Position numbers and translations under genes: made by a program | Origin: a virus | Virus record (IMG/VR): IMGVR_UViG_3300014206_000042 | Length of the DNA stretch: 32,348 nt | Reading direction: 5' to 3' (one strand) | The notes under the pieces: model-generated | Told to the model about the DNA's origin: nothing | Database searches by the model: none | The model's input: the letters and a program-made list of their open reading frames with translations, nothing else | In this document: positions 31,330 to 32,348 of the stretch, one piece after another | Numbering within the stretch: the first letter of the stretch is position 1 | How the letters are laid out: every line of letters begins with the position of its first letter

Positions 31330-32348
31330 ATGAAGTCCGACATTACTAACCATGCTTTTCTTGCTTGTATTCTTTTCATTTTGTTGAATTTAGGAATTGG
31401 CTTTAAATCTATTTTGTTTCCTTGTATATCCATTAACACAGCATATCCTGTACTCATTCTTCCTTTAATGAAATATTCTTTTCCTAAATATTCAACCTTA
31501 TCAAATTTTTTAAAACCTTGTATCTTGCCAGTTGGTATTTTCTGTTCACTTCTTATACCTTTGTTTTGTTGAAAGTCACCTTTAGAAATACACTTTTTAT
31601 ATATGACATTATCAATTAAATATCTAACATGTGAACAACCAGTATTTTCAATATTATTTAAACTAGCAATTGCAATAGCATCATTATAATGTTCTTTTGA
31701 TAATCCCATAAATTGTCTGTGTTCTTTTGTTATATATCCAAACGTTTCTTTTGCAGTAGAATATATTTTTAACAATTGTATTCTAATACCATTCATTTGA
31801 GTTGCGTGTTTTAATTGCCCTTTAATTTTACCTTTTTTATTTAAACTAATTTCATCTTTATGAAGTTTATCGTGGCAAGTTTTACATAAACAAATTAAAT
31901 TGTTTTCTTCATCAGAACCACCATTTCTTCTAAAAATAATATGATGAACTTCTAATTTACTATCTTTTGATTTCCCTTTGCAATGTTGACAAGTATAATT
32001 ATCTCTGCCTAAAACATAAGATTTTGTATTAGAAAACCCATAATTAATGCCTTTTTGATATAACCATTTATTTTTTAATACGGCAGGATTTTTTAAAGCA
32101 TGAGTATCAAAACTACCTATTTCCAATATAATATTTTTAATAGGTAGTATAGATTTAATAAACTCTATCTCTTTAATGTGACTATTTATTTTACTTATCA
32201 TAGTAGGAGAAAACCTATCTTTTTTAATACTATTTTTACGATTTAACCATCTTGCTTTGCGATACCTTGTTTTTCTATTACGTCTATTTCTACGATATTT
32301 AGAACGCTGTTTCATTTTATCAGTAATATCATTTCTTATTTCTATTTG
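31323..32348 (-). CDS. iscB-like: IscB-like RuvC/HNH nuclease (RRXRR family), N-terminus truncated by the window edge
   Basis: QIEIRNDITDKMKQRSKYRRNRRNRKTRYRKARWLNR (bridge helix), ILEIGSFD (RuvC-II), YVLGRDNYTCQHCKG...LEVHHIIFRRNGGSDEENNLICLCKTCHDKLH (HNH), GLSKEHYNDAIAIAS (RuvC-III). The ATG at 32315 is unlikely to be the true start because the frame is open to the edge. Confidence 0.9.
   Translation of the reverse strand, partial: QIEIRNDITDKMKQRSKYRRNRRNRKTRYRKARWLNRKNSIKKDRFSPTMISKINSHIKEIEFIKSILPIKNIILEIGSFDTHALKNPAVLKNKWLYQKGINYGFSNTKSYVLGRDNYTCQHCKGKSKDSKLEVHHIIFRRNGGSDEENNLICLCKTCHDKLHKDEISLNKKGKIKGQLKHATQMNGIRIQLLKIYSTAKETFGYITKEHRQFMGLSKEHYNDAIAIASLNNIENTGCSHVRYLIDNVIYKKCISKGDFQQNKGIRSEQKIPTGKIQGFKKFDKVEYLGKEYFIKGRMSTGYAVLMDIQGNKIDLKPIPKFNKMKRIQARKAWLVMSDFIR

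Noticed and set aside
31330-31572. + strand ORF of 80 aa
   Set aside because: Antisense to the well-supported IscB-like gene.

Overview
This is an AT-rich myovirus-like phage region. It carries baseplate, tail and fibre genes, the C-terminal half of the large terminase, accessory genes, and an IscB-like RuvC/HNH gene running off the right edge. The main observation is that about 20 reconstructed + strand genes appear broken in the six-frame track. Each break is at an in-frame CGG, and each heals exactly if CGGN is read as one 4-nt unit: the ribosome advances 4 nt and GGN supplies glycine. I found 51 such in-frame CGGN sites by hand. CGGN starts are: 2857, 3689, 3870, 4104, 4114, 4178, 4320, 4369, 4388, 4464, 4480, 4571, 5551, 5787, 6270, 6373, 7060, 8047, 8597, 9147, 10738, 13281, 14947, 16280, 16419, 16831, 17078, 17139, 17542, 17621, 19180, 20559, 21317, 21330, 24357, 24457, 25736, 26048, 27072, 27220, 28311, 28678, 28688, 28701, 30109, 30386, 30432, 30676, 30710, 30744, 30997. 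Forty-seven of them are needed to join or extend genes, three form a frame-neutral cluster, and one sets the terminase stop. I found no in-frame CGG that must be read as a triplet Arg codon. Restored glycines fall in recognisable motifs (MFS GLATGIAISGFG, gp25 IPGER, TerL VDTAGGTGGDYS). I propose pervasive +1 recoding or quadruplet decoding of CGGN as Gly, perhaps by an expanded-anticodon tRNA-Gly encoded outside the window. Other notable items are an atypically split TerL intein (C-intein half), a CCA-adding enzyme gene with no CGGN, and the IscB-like gene. Family names come from recalled motifs; no database search was run.
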